Positions 13,201 through 26,167 of a stretch of 64,000 bases of DNA are shown piece by piece. Position 1 is the stretch's first letter. Every line of letters begins with the position of its first letter. The position numbers and the translations under genes were made by a program. Below the pieces are notes generated by a model, which was not told the origin of the DNA, did not search any database, and worked only from the letters and a program-made list of their open reading frames with translations. Origin of the DNA: Ostrea edulis (taxonomy: Eukaryota); assembly GCF_947568905.1 (NCBI RefSeq), contig NC_079173.1, forward strand, positions 30,752,001 through 30,816,000, read 5' to 3'.

Positions 13201-15720
13201 TCTCTGCATATTTACCTTCTGTTTCTGAGCTTGGTGATCTGGTGAAGGTCCTAAAAAATAATGAACACTGTACTTCAGTGATGATGGTAGATAATATTAA
13301 ACAGTGCAATTTTACATCAAAATCTTCATGTACATTCCATTAAAAAAAACCCATTTTTCTAGCATATGAGAATTCTTTTTGTTTTGTTTCAGGTTTTTTC
13401 TTTGTTTGAATATAGGATTTATAACTCTGCTTTTGTAATATTTATTCTCTAAATTCAAAGTCAAATTCATACATGAAGCCAACTTTGTTAGCTCTCAATA
13501 TGCATTATCCATAAAATGCAAAAGCAGCAAACAAAAAGTACTATTAAGAATTTAACATGAATGAGTGACACAAGGTGGGGCATATCCCCACGCAGTGAAT
13601 GTCTACAAGCTTTTTCTGTGAAGTTCCATAATGACCTTGACCTTTGGACCCCAAAATCAATAGGTTTCTTCCTCTCTTGGTTCTGTATGTGAAGAATCAA
13701 ATCAATCGAGCAAAAAATGTGGCCTGTAGAGTGTCTACAAGCTTTTTCTAAGAAGTCCCTTAGTGTCCTTGACCTTTTGACCCCACAATCGATTGCATCC
13801 TTTCCCTCTTGACAACAAAGGTACATGTGAAGTATCAAATCAATTGAGCAGAGAATTTGGTCTGTAGAGCGTATAAAACCTCAGTGTTATACACACACTC
13901 ACCCCAGCACACACGAATGGTCCCATGAGTTCATAACAGATTTCCAGCTGCTTAATATCTCAAAGTTAATATATATATATGGTGATAATAATTCAGTCAC
14001 CTTCCTTAGTCTGACCCCCCCCCCCCCCCCCCCCCATTCAATTTTTGAAACTGGTTTTTAATGATTCATGCCTTGATGTATAAAATGTTTAAATCATTAC
14101 CACACTGATCAACAGATGATGTCACACTTTTAAAACACTAGACCACATAGTTAGATACCAATCTAATTAAAATTAGATGTTAGATCCGCTCGCGTACTCG
14201 CATACATAACGTTATGTATGCGAGCGTATCTAACATCTAATTTTAATTTGATTGAGTTTGATACATGAATTCAGTGTTTTTTCCCAGTACTTTGGGACTG
14301 GGGCCCTTACAGTTTGGAAAATTAGCGACAAAACAAGAAAAATGGGAAAATTCATTTTTAATAAAAATTTGTGATATTCATCAATCATACATGTAGAATG
14401 AAGTGTCTTTAAGATATAATTAATATATAACAACCATGCTTCATATCTAATAAATACCAGTACTCACTGTACTGTGACAGCGTCCACTGTACTAAAACCA
14501 TGATCTGGTTTTCCTCACAGGAAGTAAAGTGTACACAATATAAACATTGATTTTACATAAGTCATACAAAGAAATTTCGGAATTTACGATTGGGAATTTT
14601 TTGGTCAGATCTTGGGAAAATTTCAGATTGAGACTGGGGCTGAATATCGGCCCCCAAAAAACCAAACACTGATGATATAAAGCCAATTTTGCTAATGCAT
14701 GTGTGCCATTGAAATAGTTTTCTTTTCAAACGATACCTTAATCTTCCTTTTCATGATTTCTGCACAGGTGACTGTTTTGGTTATAGCCTTGCCCGATCCA
14801 TTCCAAACAATTTTCTTCACTGAAGGATTCTGGGAAGGGTAAAAGGGAGATAACAATCATACAATATAACATTTATAATTGTGATGTACTGTTTGTTTAA
14901 TATCTTACTATTTGATTCTGTTCACTCAGGATGTTAAAACTTTTGAAACATGTTCCCCAACTTGGTTTTATTTTTTGATCAACCGTAATTATACTTGTGT
15001 TAATTAATGTCGTCCTGGTTTTATCAATTGCAAAAGCTAATTTTTGGTGTCTATAAAACTTTATACCACAGTGTAACACAGTATACATGTATATCAAATG
15101 ATGAAAGCACTTCAGAACACTGCTTTTTTGAAGATTATATAGATCTACAGAAAAAGAATTGTAATCATGAATGAATACAAAACTCAAATGCTTCCTACTG
15201 TAATGTTTGCAAAATCTAATGTTTAACTATGGTAAATGGAGATAGTATGGACTATCAAACAGGCTTGTTAGTGAGATGCTTATTTCAGACCAACATTTTT
15301 CTGCCAAATCAAGAAGTTGGGGCAAGCTAGATACAACGATATGCAGAATTATATGGAAACCAACCACAATTCAACAAGAATTATACTGAAACCAACCACA
15401 ATTCAACAAGAATTTTCAGAAGTAAACTTTGAGGTACTATCACAAGATTTGGTGCAGACATCAGTCAAAGTATCTAAATAGTATTAATATTATTATTAAA
15501 TGCAGCCACCTGGCACGATCAGTTCAGATACTGCAGACGGAGATAAATCCCATCCAGAACATTAAGTTTATCATCTTACCTTGACTTTGTTCATGGCATA
15601 TCCCATCAGGTTTCTGATTTTGCTGCCAGCATTAACCTTCATATCCACACAATCCTTGTCAATCTCAAACACAGGCTCCATTTCAACTTCTCTCGTCTCT
15701 CCCCTTGTGTAGTTCTCCAT
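10220..15720 (-). CDS. RPP25L: Ribonuclease P/MRP protein subunit p25-like (Alba family), 6 coding exons, 174 aa
   Basis: Coding exons (minus): 15720-15580, 14829-14737, 13250-13216, 11627-11586, 11484-11410, 10358-10220. All introns are GT-AG with matching phases; total 525 nt. Translation MENYTRGETREVEMEPVFEIDKDCVDMKVNAGSKIRNLMGYAMNKVK-NPSVKKIVWNGSGKAITKTVTCAEIMKRKIK-DLHQITKLRNRRIEEYWEPNIEGLERLKVNRDISAISILLSKDPLDANTPGYQAPG... carries the RPP25 motifs GSKIRNLM, KTVTCAEI, LHQIT and ILLSKDPLD. An AG acceptor lies 2 nt before the ATG, so an upstream 5'UTR exon is implied. Confidence 0.93.
10480..10800 (-). mobile_element. Two degenerate tRNA-derived (SINE-like) heads in RPP25L intron 5
   Basis: On the minus strand: agctcagtggttagagc...ggttcgattccca (about 10545-10488) and tcagtggtagagc...ggttcaattctggg (about 10790-10730). 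Acceptor and anticodon arms are not intact. Confidence 0.55.
10897..11330. repeat. 51-53-bp minisatellite, about 8 copies (RPP25L intron 5)
   Basis: Unit aatccagtgtagacaggagagatgtggacccctgcacacccctcattactt. Confidence 0.9.
12270..12740 (-). mobile_element. Non-autonomous Helitron-like element (same family as 4321-4745)
   Basis: Shared units tgtgtaccaagtttaatggtcctagcccc and gaccttgaaaaacaataggt. Confidence 0.55.
13560..13880 (-). mobile_element. Non-autonomous Helitron-like fragment
   Basis: acaaggtggggcatatcccc end plus tandem gagtgtctacaagctttt...tgacctttgacccc units. Confidence 0.5.
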
Positions 15721-16337
15721 GCCTGATGTTGTTTTTAAATATGATACCTGTCCAAAGCAAAGTTCTGTGAGTTTTATATAATAACTAAAGAATGGCTGAT
15801 CTTAAGGTTAATATATTATCACTATATTCAGCATTATTTTTAAGTCATCTTCAAACTTCCCAAAACAGTTTGAAATTTTATCAATCAAGTCAATAAAATT
15901 CACTCTATTGACCAAGCCATGAGCTCTGTGTGAATTCTACAGGTACACTACAATCCCTGTATCTATCTATATAGCTTTAAAAAGCCATTTGAATAGAGCC
16001 AACTTGTTTTAGCTATTTCAAATCTTTTATCATATTAATTTCTAACACCATAAAAATCAAATTTCACTGAGTGAAAATATTTCATCCTTTTACTCCATAC
16101 AAAATAAATAAATATTTTGTCCTATATGCATACAAACATACATACATAAATACCAAGGATAACCCATGAAAGCTCGAAAGTCTATTTCCTATGGGGTCCT
16201 TTGATGCACTGATGCTTGCGCCTTTAACAGAAAAGGAGACAATGCAATGGAACAGACCGGTCTTGTCCGTTGCATTTTCTCCCTTCCTCGTTCCTGTTAC
16301 ATTTGGTGTCGTAGACCACCCCTGGACTGTTGGTGAA

Positions 16338-16910
16338 CAGGTTGGGAACACTTCCCCTACAGCGAGATATTCTCGCTAAAACGCGATTATCCCTCTTTAG
16401 TGAGAGACTAAACATTACCATAAACAGGTGTTTTGGCGTCTTTATTGAAAATTATGGCAAATCCCGTGCAACGCTGAATAAGTGCGACATACACTCAACA
16501 TGATGCGAACTGTTTCTATGAAATTGACAACATAGTCAAGAAATTTCATATCAAAGTTGCTGCGTAAGAGGGAAGCAGTCTGAAATCCAATACACATCGT
16601 GAGTGTTTTTGTTTTGATTAATATATTTGCAGCACTTTTTCTTCGTTTCACGTGAAACACGAAGAGACGTACTCCACGGGTTTTTTTCTGGGTTGTACGG
16701 GATATATCTAATCTCGCTAGAGAGGAATAAGAATATCTCACTATAGGGGAAGTGTTCCCAACCTGCTTAATCAGAGTTGCACAGGATTTGCCATTATTTT
16801 CAATAAAAACGCCAAAACACCTGTTTATGGTAATGTTTACTTTCTGGCTAAAGAGGGATAATCGCGTTTTAGCGAGAATATCTCGTTATAGGGGAAGTGT
16901 TCCCAACCTT
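16338..16910. mobile_element. MITE with CAGG termini and 5-bp TSD (hAT-like), carrying an extra internal end
   Basis: TIR caggttgggaacacttcccct; TSD GTGAA at 16333-16337 and 16911-16915; an additional right end finishes at 16765. Confidence 0.8.
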
Positions 16911-17058
16911 GTGAAATCTGGGAGGAATTCCTGCTACTATGTCACTACACTTAAGGAATTAAATCTACTTTAATCAAGCTATTTCGAATAGTTTTATAAA
17001 GCTATATAGCTTAATATAGAGATTGTGCTGGACCTGCTCTATTTACTGTACCAGGCTG

Positions 17059-17408
17059 CAGTGTTCAAAATTAACCATAGACCGATTCTATATCAAATGA
17101 CACTGGTCTATGCATGCCAACTGTAATTGCGATAGACCAAATTGTCTATGCCGATTTTCTAGGTTTAGAGCAATAAAGTTATCCCAAAGGACACTACATG
17201 GTCTGATAAATATTATGAGGAAAGGAGGACATTGTTATGGAAAGAAATTATGCTTTCTACTAAGTACATTACAAGCGGGTAACAATGTTTTAGATTTGTG
17301 TTATTTTTTTCAATGTTGTGATCTATGTCAATACAATAAAGTCTACGTCATCTTGTTTTGGCATAGACTCGTGGTCTATACCAAGTTTCAAACCAATTTT
17401 GAACACTG
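17059..17408. mobile_element. MITE with 14-bp TIR
   Basis: cagtgttcaaaatt ... aattttgaacactg; possible 6-bp TSD aggctg/aggttg with one mismatch. Confidence 0.6.
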
Positions 17409-18046
17409 AGGTTGCAGGCAGAATAACTGAAAATTTCTTTTCCCGTAAACTGTGTTAAAAATTAAGCTTATATTTGTTGGGAGTAGAATGGTTTTAGCAT
17501 TAATGAACGTTTCATATTCTTTTTAAAAAGTCAACAAACTTCATATCATACCATATCACTGTCAGCTTGCTGGGATTTGCCTCAATTCTTCTTGCGCCAT
17601 CCCTTAAGGAAATTCGGAACTCTGCCGATTTTAGGTGTATGTCGTAATAGGCTAATGAAAGATCTGTAAATTTGATTTGATTTGAAAACAGAAAAAATTG
17701 GTATGAGATTATCGGTAATGATATCTGTTTTTATGAATTGCTTGTTTGTGAGACCTCAAATTCGAATTAAAACGATATTTTATATTTTGTGAAATTACGA
17801 CATCTATCGCATCCGAAAATTGTTATTCACATGTGCAGCTCGAAAGCCGACAGTCAGTGCTGTATCATTTAGCTGTTAATATTTTTATTTCAAGGTAAAT
17901 GAGTGAACATTTGTTGCATATGTATATGTAATGCTAAATGACATGCAATTGTGCATCCACCTAAATTACAGACCGATGAAATTTGCAGTCTAGCATTCAC
18001 AGCTCAGTAACTGAGTATTTAAATCGATTCAGAAGTGTTAGTTATA

Positions 18047-18505
18047 CAGGTTGGGAACACTTCCCCTATAGCGAGATATTCTCGCTAAAACGCGATTATC
18101 CCTCTCTAGCGAGAGTAAATATATCCCGTACAACCGAGATAAACACCCGTGGAGTACATCTCTTCGTGTTTCACGTGAAAAGAAGAAAAAGTGCTAAAAT
18201 GTGTGATACTTCTGCAGATATATAAATCAAAACAAAAACACTCACTATGTGTATCGGATTTCAGACTGCTTCCCTCTTATGCAGCAACTTTGATATGAAA
18301 TTTGTTGACTATGTTGTCAATTTCATAGAATCAATTCGCATCATGTTGAGTGTGTGTTGCACTTATTCAGCGTTGCACGGGATTTGCCATTATTTTCAAT
18401 AAAGACGCCAAAACACCTGTTTATGGTAATGTTTATTTCTCACTAAAGAGGGATAATTGCGTTTTAGCGAGAATATCTCGCTATAGGGGAAGTGTTCCCA
18501 ACCTG
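18047..18505. mobile_element. MITE, inverted copy of the 16338-16765 element
   Basis: Same TIR; TSD TTATA at 18042-18046 and 18506-18510. Confidence 0.85.
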
Positions 18506-20819
18506 TTATAAGCCTGAAAAATATGGAGGGGAACAGCGCATTTTAAGTCTACTCTTCCGTACTTTGCATTGCAGGAGTGTCCCAAATTGCAAAAACGTAA
18601 ATCTCCCCAGATTTGTAACCTCCAGTCTTGCTCAATGTTTTGTAGACGGATCTAATCTCGATGAGATTCTTTGAGTCCATTCTCAAGGAATCTCAATGAA
18701 AATGAAATCACAAAATCCTTATTAATGTCATTGGAATGTGCACATTTGTGAAAGAACAGGGTTTGAAGTTAACTTTTTCAATTTTTCAAGCCCAAGTTTG
18801 TATGGACTTGTTGATGTTCACTAGTCCACAAAGCATTTCACTAGCCTGTCCAGTATATCATATAAAATGATCTTCATTTTATTCAATAGTATTTAATCAA
18901 ACCGAACACATCACAGTTGCAAACAATTCAGTTTTTGACACCCACAGAAGAAAAAGACCACCATACATTATTTTGTATTCAAGATCTTCAGAATTAAGCA
19001 TACAGTAACCTCCGAGTTAATCACGTAACTGCTTTTATAAATGTCCATTAATGATTTATAAGTGCGTTTGAGATTGACGTTTCCATTGTTCTCATGCTTA
19101 GTTCTGATAGTCACAGGAGTTCGAAATTTTATCAATAAAGTCAATAAAATTCCCTCGACTGACCAAGCCTTGAGCTATGTGTTACGAACTCCTGTGTTAA
19201 GAATTGCGAATGACGAGAACATGTGCGCATGAACGATCGAATGTGTTCTTTGATCACACTTCTTACAGAGGTGGTGTAAGTTCTTGCACCTCATTCTCAT
19301 GATGCGTACTTGGCGTTCGGAATCAGCAGGAATTTGTACTTGTGTGAAGAACGGCAGTCTCGAACGCACTCCATGTGTTCGGAAGATCAGCATGTCTTTG
19401 TCATGCAAACACTTAACCATGCAGGTAATCGACCATAAGTTCGAACATCAAAGAAACTAAGACAAATTTGCTAAAATCTTATTAACCACTTCAAGATTGA
19501 TCTCCGGATTTTCACTAGTCCGTACAAACTAGTACTATAGAGAGTTTACTGGTCCGACATATTTTTTTTATTAGTCTCGGACTTACGGGCATGAGGTAAT
19601 TTCGAACCCTGAAGAATGTGAAAATATTTTAAAATCAGGCATCGACCTAGCGGGTCTACAACTGAATACAGTTGGAAGAAGATATAAAAGCAGACATTGC
19701 ATGTCTTTCATTGAGTTTAAGATTTGTTAATAAAATTATGTATGATTTATTCAAATTTAGCCAAACAATATGGTGAAAAACTTATGAAGTCTATGGATAT
19801 AATAATATTTTTTAATCATGCATGAATATAATTAGGGGAGGGTTAGGAGAATAAGGACTTAGTATTACTTGATATATTGCATTTAACTCTCCGTGAAAAT
19901 AATGGTATGGCCATTCTTGAACAAATATTCTTACAGAATTCTGAGAAAATATATCTGAAATTAATTAACAAATATTGTATTTGCTTTCAGATTTTTAAAT
20001 AAATAAACAACGAATGAGCTAATATCATTTACATACACATGGGATACATTTTTTGCGGGAACACTTAATGTAAACTAGACAAAGAAAGAGGCGATCAAGA
20101 TATCTGAAGAGTGCAAGAGAATAATTTGTATTGACACCTGCTACAAATTGTGTCTGGGCTGTTACTTTTATGTCTTTGTGGTAGGCTTTGATATTTGACA
20201 TACAAGTACTGATAAATGATCATCTCATGTAGATGTGCTGGGTACCATGGATAGTGACCTTTGATTTTAACATATTGTTCACACAACTATTGAAGCTTTT
20301 ATGGGTAAATTCTTCTAGCCAATGTGTCATGTTCCAAGTTTGTGACGTTGAAATTCCATAGATATATATAGTTAAGCATAATACTTATGCAAGTACGTTT
20401 TGTTTTACCATACTTTAAAGGTTCAGAATTAAAGCTCATATTATGGTGGTGTGTATACCCTCCTTTGTTGGAGATTGTGGACGAGTCGACTCTGAGGCCT
20501 TTGATTATATTTATATTCATCAGGATCGGGAAACGCAGTTAATATTACTGCACTGTACCAATGACGTACATGTAACCATGATCAAAATATTGTAGCTCAA
20601 GTTTTCACCCTTCTTTGTGAGGCATTGGCCTGTATGCATTTTTATAAGCCATAATTAATGCAGGTTTTGGGAAATTCTTAATCAGTTGTGGAAGAATGAA
20701 AAGGTAAAGGCATTTTTTTTTAAGTTTGAAAGATTTGCATTCCTGAAAGACTGCAGAGTTTGAGCTTCCAAGAAAATGAACTTGTATTTGTTTAATGAAT
20801 CTTATATTCTTTTATCCAG

Positions 20820-23800
20820 ATGGCATTAATTCCTCCAGGAAAGACGCCTATTAGCTTTCTTCAAGAAATCAGCACTAAAAGGGGGATAACTCCACAGTAT
20901 GATTTGCTGGCAAATGAGGGAGCTGTTCACGAACCTGTGTTTATCATGAGGGTTACTATTGGTGAAGTGATTGCCACGGGCAAAGGTGAGGCACATTGTA
21001 AATGATATATTGATATTTCATTGCTCCTAAGCCATGCATAATCATTATATCAATATATATGTGGATAATGATTATATGAATATATATGTGGAGGGTTACA
21101 TCAACATATATGTGGATAATGGTTATATCAATATATATGTGGATAATGGTTATATCAATATATATGTGAATAATCCACTTCCAGTGCTGTTTATTGATGA
21201 ACCTTTAGTTAGGCCACATAAAATTAATTCTCTGGTTCTATTTGGCCATAATTGATCAAGTTTTGTTAACGCTTTCAAAATGTACACTTGATATTCATTT
21301 GATTTACTTGCAAGTTCAGTCTGAAAGTGTCTTTCAGCAATGTGATTTAATATGTGTTTATATACAGTGATGTAATGAGCTGGTGTTTATATACAGTGAT
21401 GTAATGAGCTGGTGTTTATATACAGTGATGTAATGAGCTGGTGTTGATATACAGTGATGTAATGAGCTGGTGTTGATATACAGTGATGTAATGAGCTGGT
21501 GTTTATATACAGTGATGTAATGAGCTGGTGTTTATATACAGTGATGTAATGAGCTGGCGTTTATATACGGTGATGTAATGAGCTGGCGTTTATATACAGT
21601 GATGTAATGAGCTGGTGTTTATATACGGTGATGTAATGAGCTGGTGTTTATATACAGTGATGTAATGAGCTGGTGTTTATATACAGTGATGTAATGAGCT
21701 GGTGTTTATATACAGTGATGTAATGAGCTGGTGTTTATATACAGTGATGTAATGAGCCGCTGTGTCCCGGTATGTTGTAGGAACAAGCAAGAAGAAGGCA
21801 AAGCACGGAGCGGCACTGGCAGCTCTTCAGCAGATCCTGGGGCTGGGTGAAGGTCGAACCCCAGAACAACAACCTTCAGAACCTGGACAGTAAGTCAGTT
21901 AAACACGAAAGACACGGGTTCCATCACGTACAGTATAACTAATGAACAATATAGCATTGTTACAGTGAACAGGCTTATAAGGAATTAACAGCTATAATGA
22001 AGGGGTTTTCATTCCTCACATAGATAGAAATAACAATTATACAATTACAGACATTGAGGTATATTGCTTAGTCATGAATTGACATTTTCAATATTTTTGC
22101 CGTTCGCATATGAATGAAGGTTGATTACAGGGATTCTATGCAGATTATTGAAATGCATAACATCCATTTAAAATTTCCATTGTACGTATTCTGGGCATGT
22201 TCATGTAAGTATCGGTTATATGTGGTATGTGCTGGGTAGGATCGTCGACTATGTCATTACGTTGTGACGTTATGTATTGCTTATTATGGAGGAAAACAAA
22301 CTGTCCAAAAAAACCGACTTCAGCTGAGGAAATACACTAGATAAATTAAGGCAATTTTAGAATGAGAATAAACCGAGGTCTCTACACAATATCGTTATTG
22401 CTACCCAAATGCTATCAGTTAATCACATAAATATTGAAAGTAAATGAGGGTATGAATTGCAATGCTTCCCACCAGCATACATTTTTGGAAGCGTTAACAC
22501 ACATCCTGAAACATGCAGGCATGAAGCATTACAGTTCATACCCTCATATATTTTCATAAATTTCTTTCTTTATCATATACCTTCTGTTGCGATGAATTAC
22601 ATACTGTGACAAAAGTAACACAGTAGAGCAGGCTGTAAAGCAAGTCGCTGGGAACAAACAACTTTGATTCATTATGAATGTAATTCATTATATGCAATAA
22701 GTACAGGCTATATTTTAACTCTGCAGGGAATAAAAATCACTCTGCTGTAAGCATGAATTCGTTATAAATGAGTTTGCTGTAACCATGTTTTACTGTAAGT
22801 ACATGTCCCCCATTCCAGACCGTCCGGAAACATGATGGAAAGTGATGTTGCGGGTAATCCTGTCGGAGAGCTACAAGAATTTACACAAAAGAAACTCATT
22901 AAGCCGCCAATCTACGAGTTTGGCAATGAGGACGGTCCCCCTCACAACCGGGAGTTTATCTGTACAGTGAAGCTTGGGAAATTCACGGAGAAAGGCAGGT
23001 TTTTTGTGAGAGGGGAATGAAAAGTGAATTTGATATCTTTCCCAAGTGATAATTATGGAATTGTGAAGAATTTTCTTCTCTGACAAAGATATTGTGACAA
23101 GATTAAAGATACATATAAATATTTTGTGAAATATGCTGCTCCTGGAAGGGAGTTGTAATGGGCTTATTATGATAACTGTTGTTTTGACTCTCAAGCTTTA
23201 AAATGTCCTTTAAGATGTAATAAAACTCTTAAACAAATAATTGTATAAACATTGGATAAGGTTATCGAAGTTTCATCTTAAAACATTAATGAATTAAAGG
23301 ATCTGGAAGGTCGAAGAAGACAGCTAAACGATCTGCAGCGAGTGCTATGTTGGTCCACTTAAAGAACATTACACAGGACGGAGAAAACAACACTAAGATT
23401 GAAGACTCGGAGGAGGAAGATGAAATCCCACTGGTAAGTTTCACTGCTGCCTAATGTACGAATTTTATCATTTTTAATGACTTGATAGGAGCTGATGCAT
23501 AATTTGGCATAATCCTGATTTAGCATTTTCTATGTATGATGATGGATAAACAGAGATTTTCATTTTTAGTTCAATCATGAATTGGCACTCTCATTTCACA
23601 GCAATAGGTATTAAAATCGGAATGCTGCTGATTTAGGTACACATTTAATATTGCTATTATGGCTATGCAGGGCTCACACTGGACCAAAATTTTGTGTTGC
23701 AATCTGGCGTGTGCGCATCGACTCATACATGTTTACTGTAGATCTATATTTCATGTACAGTACACGACACGAGTTTTATGCGTGTTCCACGCAACGCGGT

Positions 23801-25049
23801 GGAACAAATTTGCCCCAAACACGGTGGACCTTTAAAATTGTCGGCACCTTTGAAGTCCTATTTTTCCGCGCGAGCTAGACATTGAAGTCCACGGAGGATC
23901 TCCGTGGATGCCACCGCGCATCTCCGTGGATGTCACCTGTACCTCCGTCGATGTCACCGTGTACCTCCGTGTGATAAAACAAAGAAATAATTTCCGAAAT
24001 GATTCACCCCAAAGACCTTTTTGCTTAGCCAGCATGCAAGCCCCCACCCCATTACTTATTTAGAAATTAGCTATCAATCATTCAATTCTTGTAATTGTTG
24101 TTTAATGATACGTTGGTTTTTTCGGTACATATCCGATTGTAGACTTCCCTGCAGACGTTCACAACTTTTTATGAAACGCCCAATTTCTCGACATCCTGTA
24201 TATAACCACCTGTGTTATTCCTACCACTCGTCGGTACATTGTTTCACGGCACGTGCAGCACAATTTCACCAAATAAAAGAAGGGTCATGAACAACGACAA
24301 TCACATGCCAGTAATTTCAATTTGATAAACAAGCAGTTCAAAGAAATGTGTACCATAAGCAATAGTTTATTTTTACGTAAGGTTTTCATTGTAATTAGGA
24401 ATATGTGATTAAGGTCAGCTATATACATGTACATGTTTACATCGGATATGAATTTCATTATGTACTCAACTGTGAAGCAATGTGAGCAAAGAATCAAATT
24501 TTTATCACTTAAACAAATAAATATTAAAACTATCTTTACTTTTAAACAAACCTTTAGAAAACTCTGTACTTTCATTAGGAAAATTTCATTAGAATGCCCA
24601 TACTTCACATTAATAATAACACGTTTTTTTTTTTTAGTTTTTTTTTCTAACTTGATAAATACTTTATTACACGCATGTATTATTTACTAAATGTATATAT
24701 AACAGCTTTTTGTCTTTATATTTTTATATACCATTGCATAATGGTGATGAGATCCAATAAATTGAATTGAGTACATGTAGTCTTCAAATATCACAAAGTA
24801 AAGAGTTGACAACGATTGAAATAAAAATGCAGACGTTTTCTCGTTTATTCAGTAACTCAATAACTTGCGCGTCTTCTGAATGAAAGTTGTAAAACAAACG
24901 TACTAGGTTTTGGTCAGTTATAACATAATACGGGAGTAAAATTCATCTAATCTCCGCTAGCAATGGGTTTTGAGTCAACTGTGCCTTCGTTCACGAATAA
25001 TCTCGGCTAACGAAGATGAAAAAAAACCCTATTTTTTATGATTACCAAT

Positions 25050-25096
<47 letters not shown>

Positions 25097-26133
25097 CTTT
25101 CATTATCTAATGCATCTAAAGATTAAATTAAAGATTTTAATAATCGATAGTGAAAATGAATAAAAGCAAATAATCGTTAAGTCATTTCTGTTTATATTTA
25201 TATTAGTTTTTTTTCATGAACTAGTTGCATTTGACACCGAGGATTTACATCCTTAAATATTGATTACAAGCACGTAGAATCGGAGAGGGTGTACTTTGAA
25301 AACTTGAAAGGTTTTCGTAATCGGACAATTTAAGCACCATTTTTGTTGTTATTTTATTGCTTGTCAAGAAATTTACACAACTTAACCGGCAACATACCCC
25401 TTCTGATACATTGAAAAATATAAGTAATGTTAGCACGGGGCTCTATAAAGTTCAATCTGCTGTTTGGTCATACTTCGTCATTCAATAACTTATTCAAAAT
25501 TAAAAAAAATGTTTGTCGGGTTAGCGGTACTATGATGTATGACTATAACAATGACCTGTGTATAACTTGTACATTCCATGCAAATTCGAAGGGGTTTTCG
25601 CCTCAGTAGAACAATGGGAGTCAGCTAATCCGTGTATTTGAAATCAACAGAAGTGCTTAGCTTCTTGCGGAAAGTGTGAAATATATTGGGTCGGCGTAAG
25701 ATACCCGTGATCTTAGACTAGATCTGATATCGCGCCGACCCAATATATTTCACACTTTTCATGAGAAGTCAAAACCCAAACTAGCTAACCGTAATTTAGT
25801 TATACTGTGAGAAAGACCCTAGGAATTTGCATGGTATATACTTATTATACAAAAATCATTGCATTATCCAGACACTCCCGATGAACATTTTTTTTTATGA
25901 AAACCTCTATCAAAGTACATCGAATATAAGTCTCGGTCAAATGTAATTAACTCGGGATTTTAAAAATAAATCATTCGATGGTTTGTATTTTTGCTTCTAT
26001 TAATTACGTAATAAATTAATTCCAATTTGTTAATCATCGACAATGCTCTAATTTCTATATTGGATAAAGTTATATTTGTCAAGATGCATATCAACACAAT
26101 ATGATGGAGGTAATTATGTTAAACAGCGCATTT

Positions 26134-26167
<34 letters not shown>

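Noticed and set aside
16082-18225. Short ORFs within the MITE pair as a transposase
   Set aside because: No DDE or zinc-finger motifs, and the elements are under 600 bp.
19175-19420. 81-aa ORF MVKCLHDKDM...
   Set aside because: No recognisable domain or splice context; it overlaps a diverged repeat.
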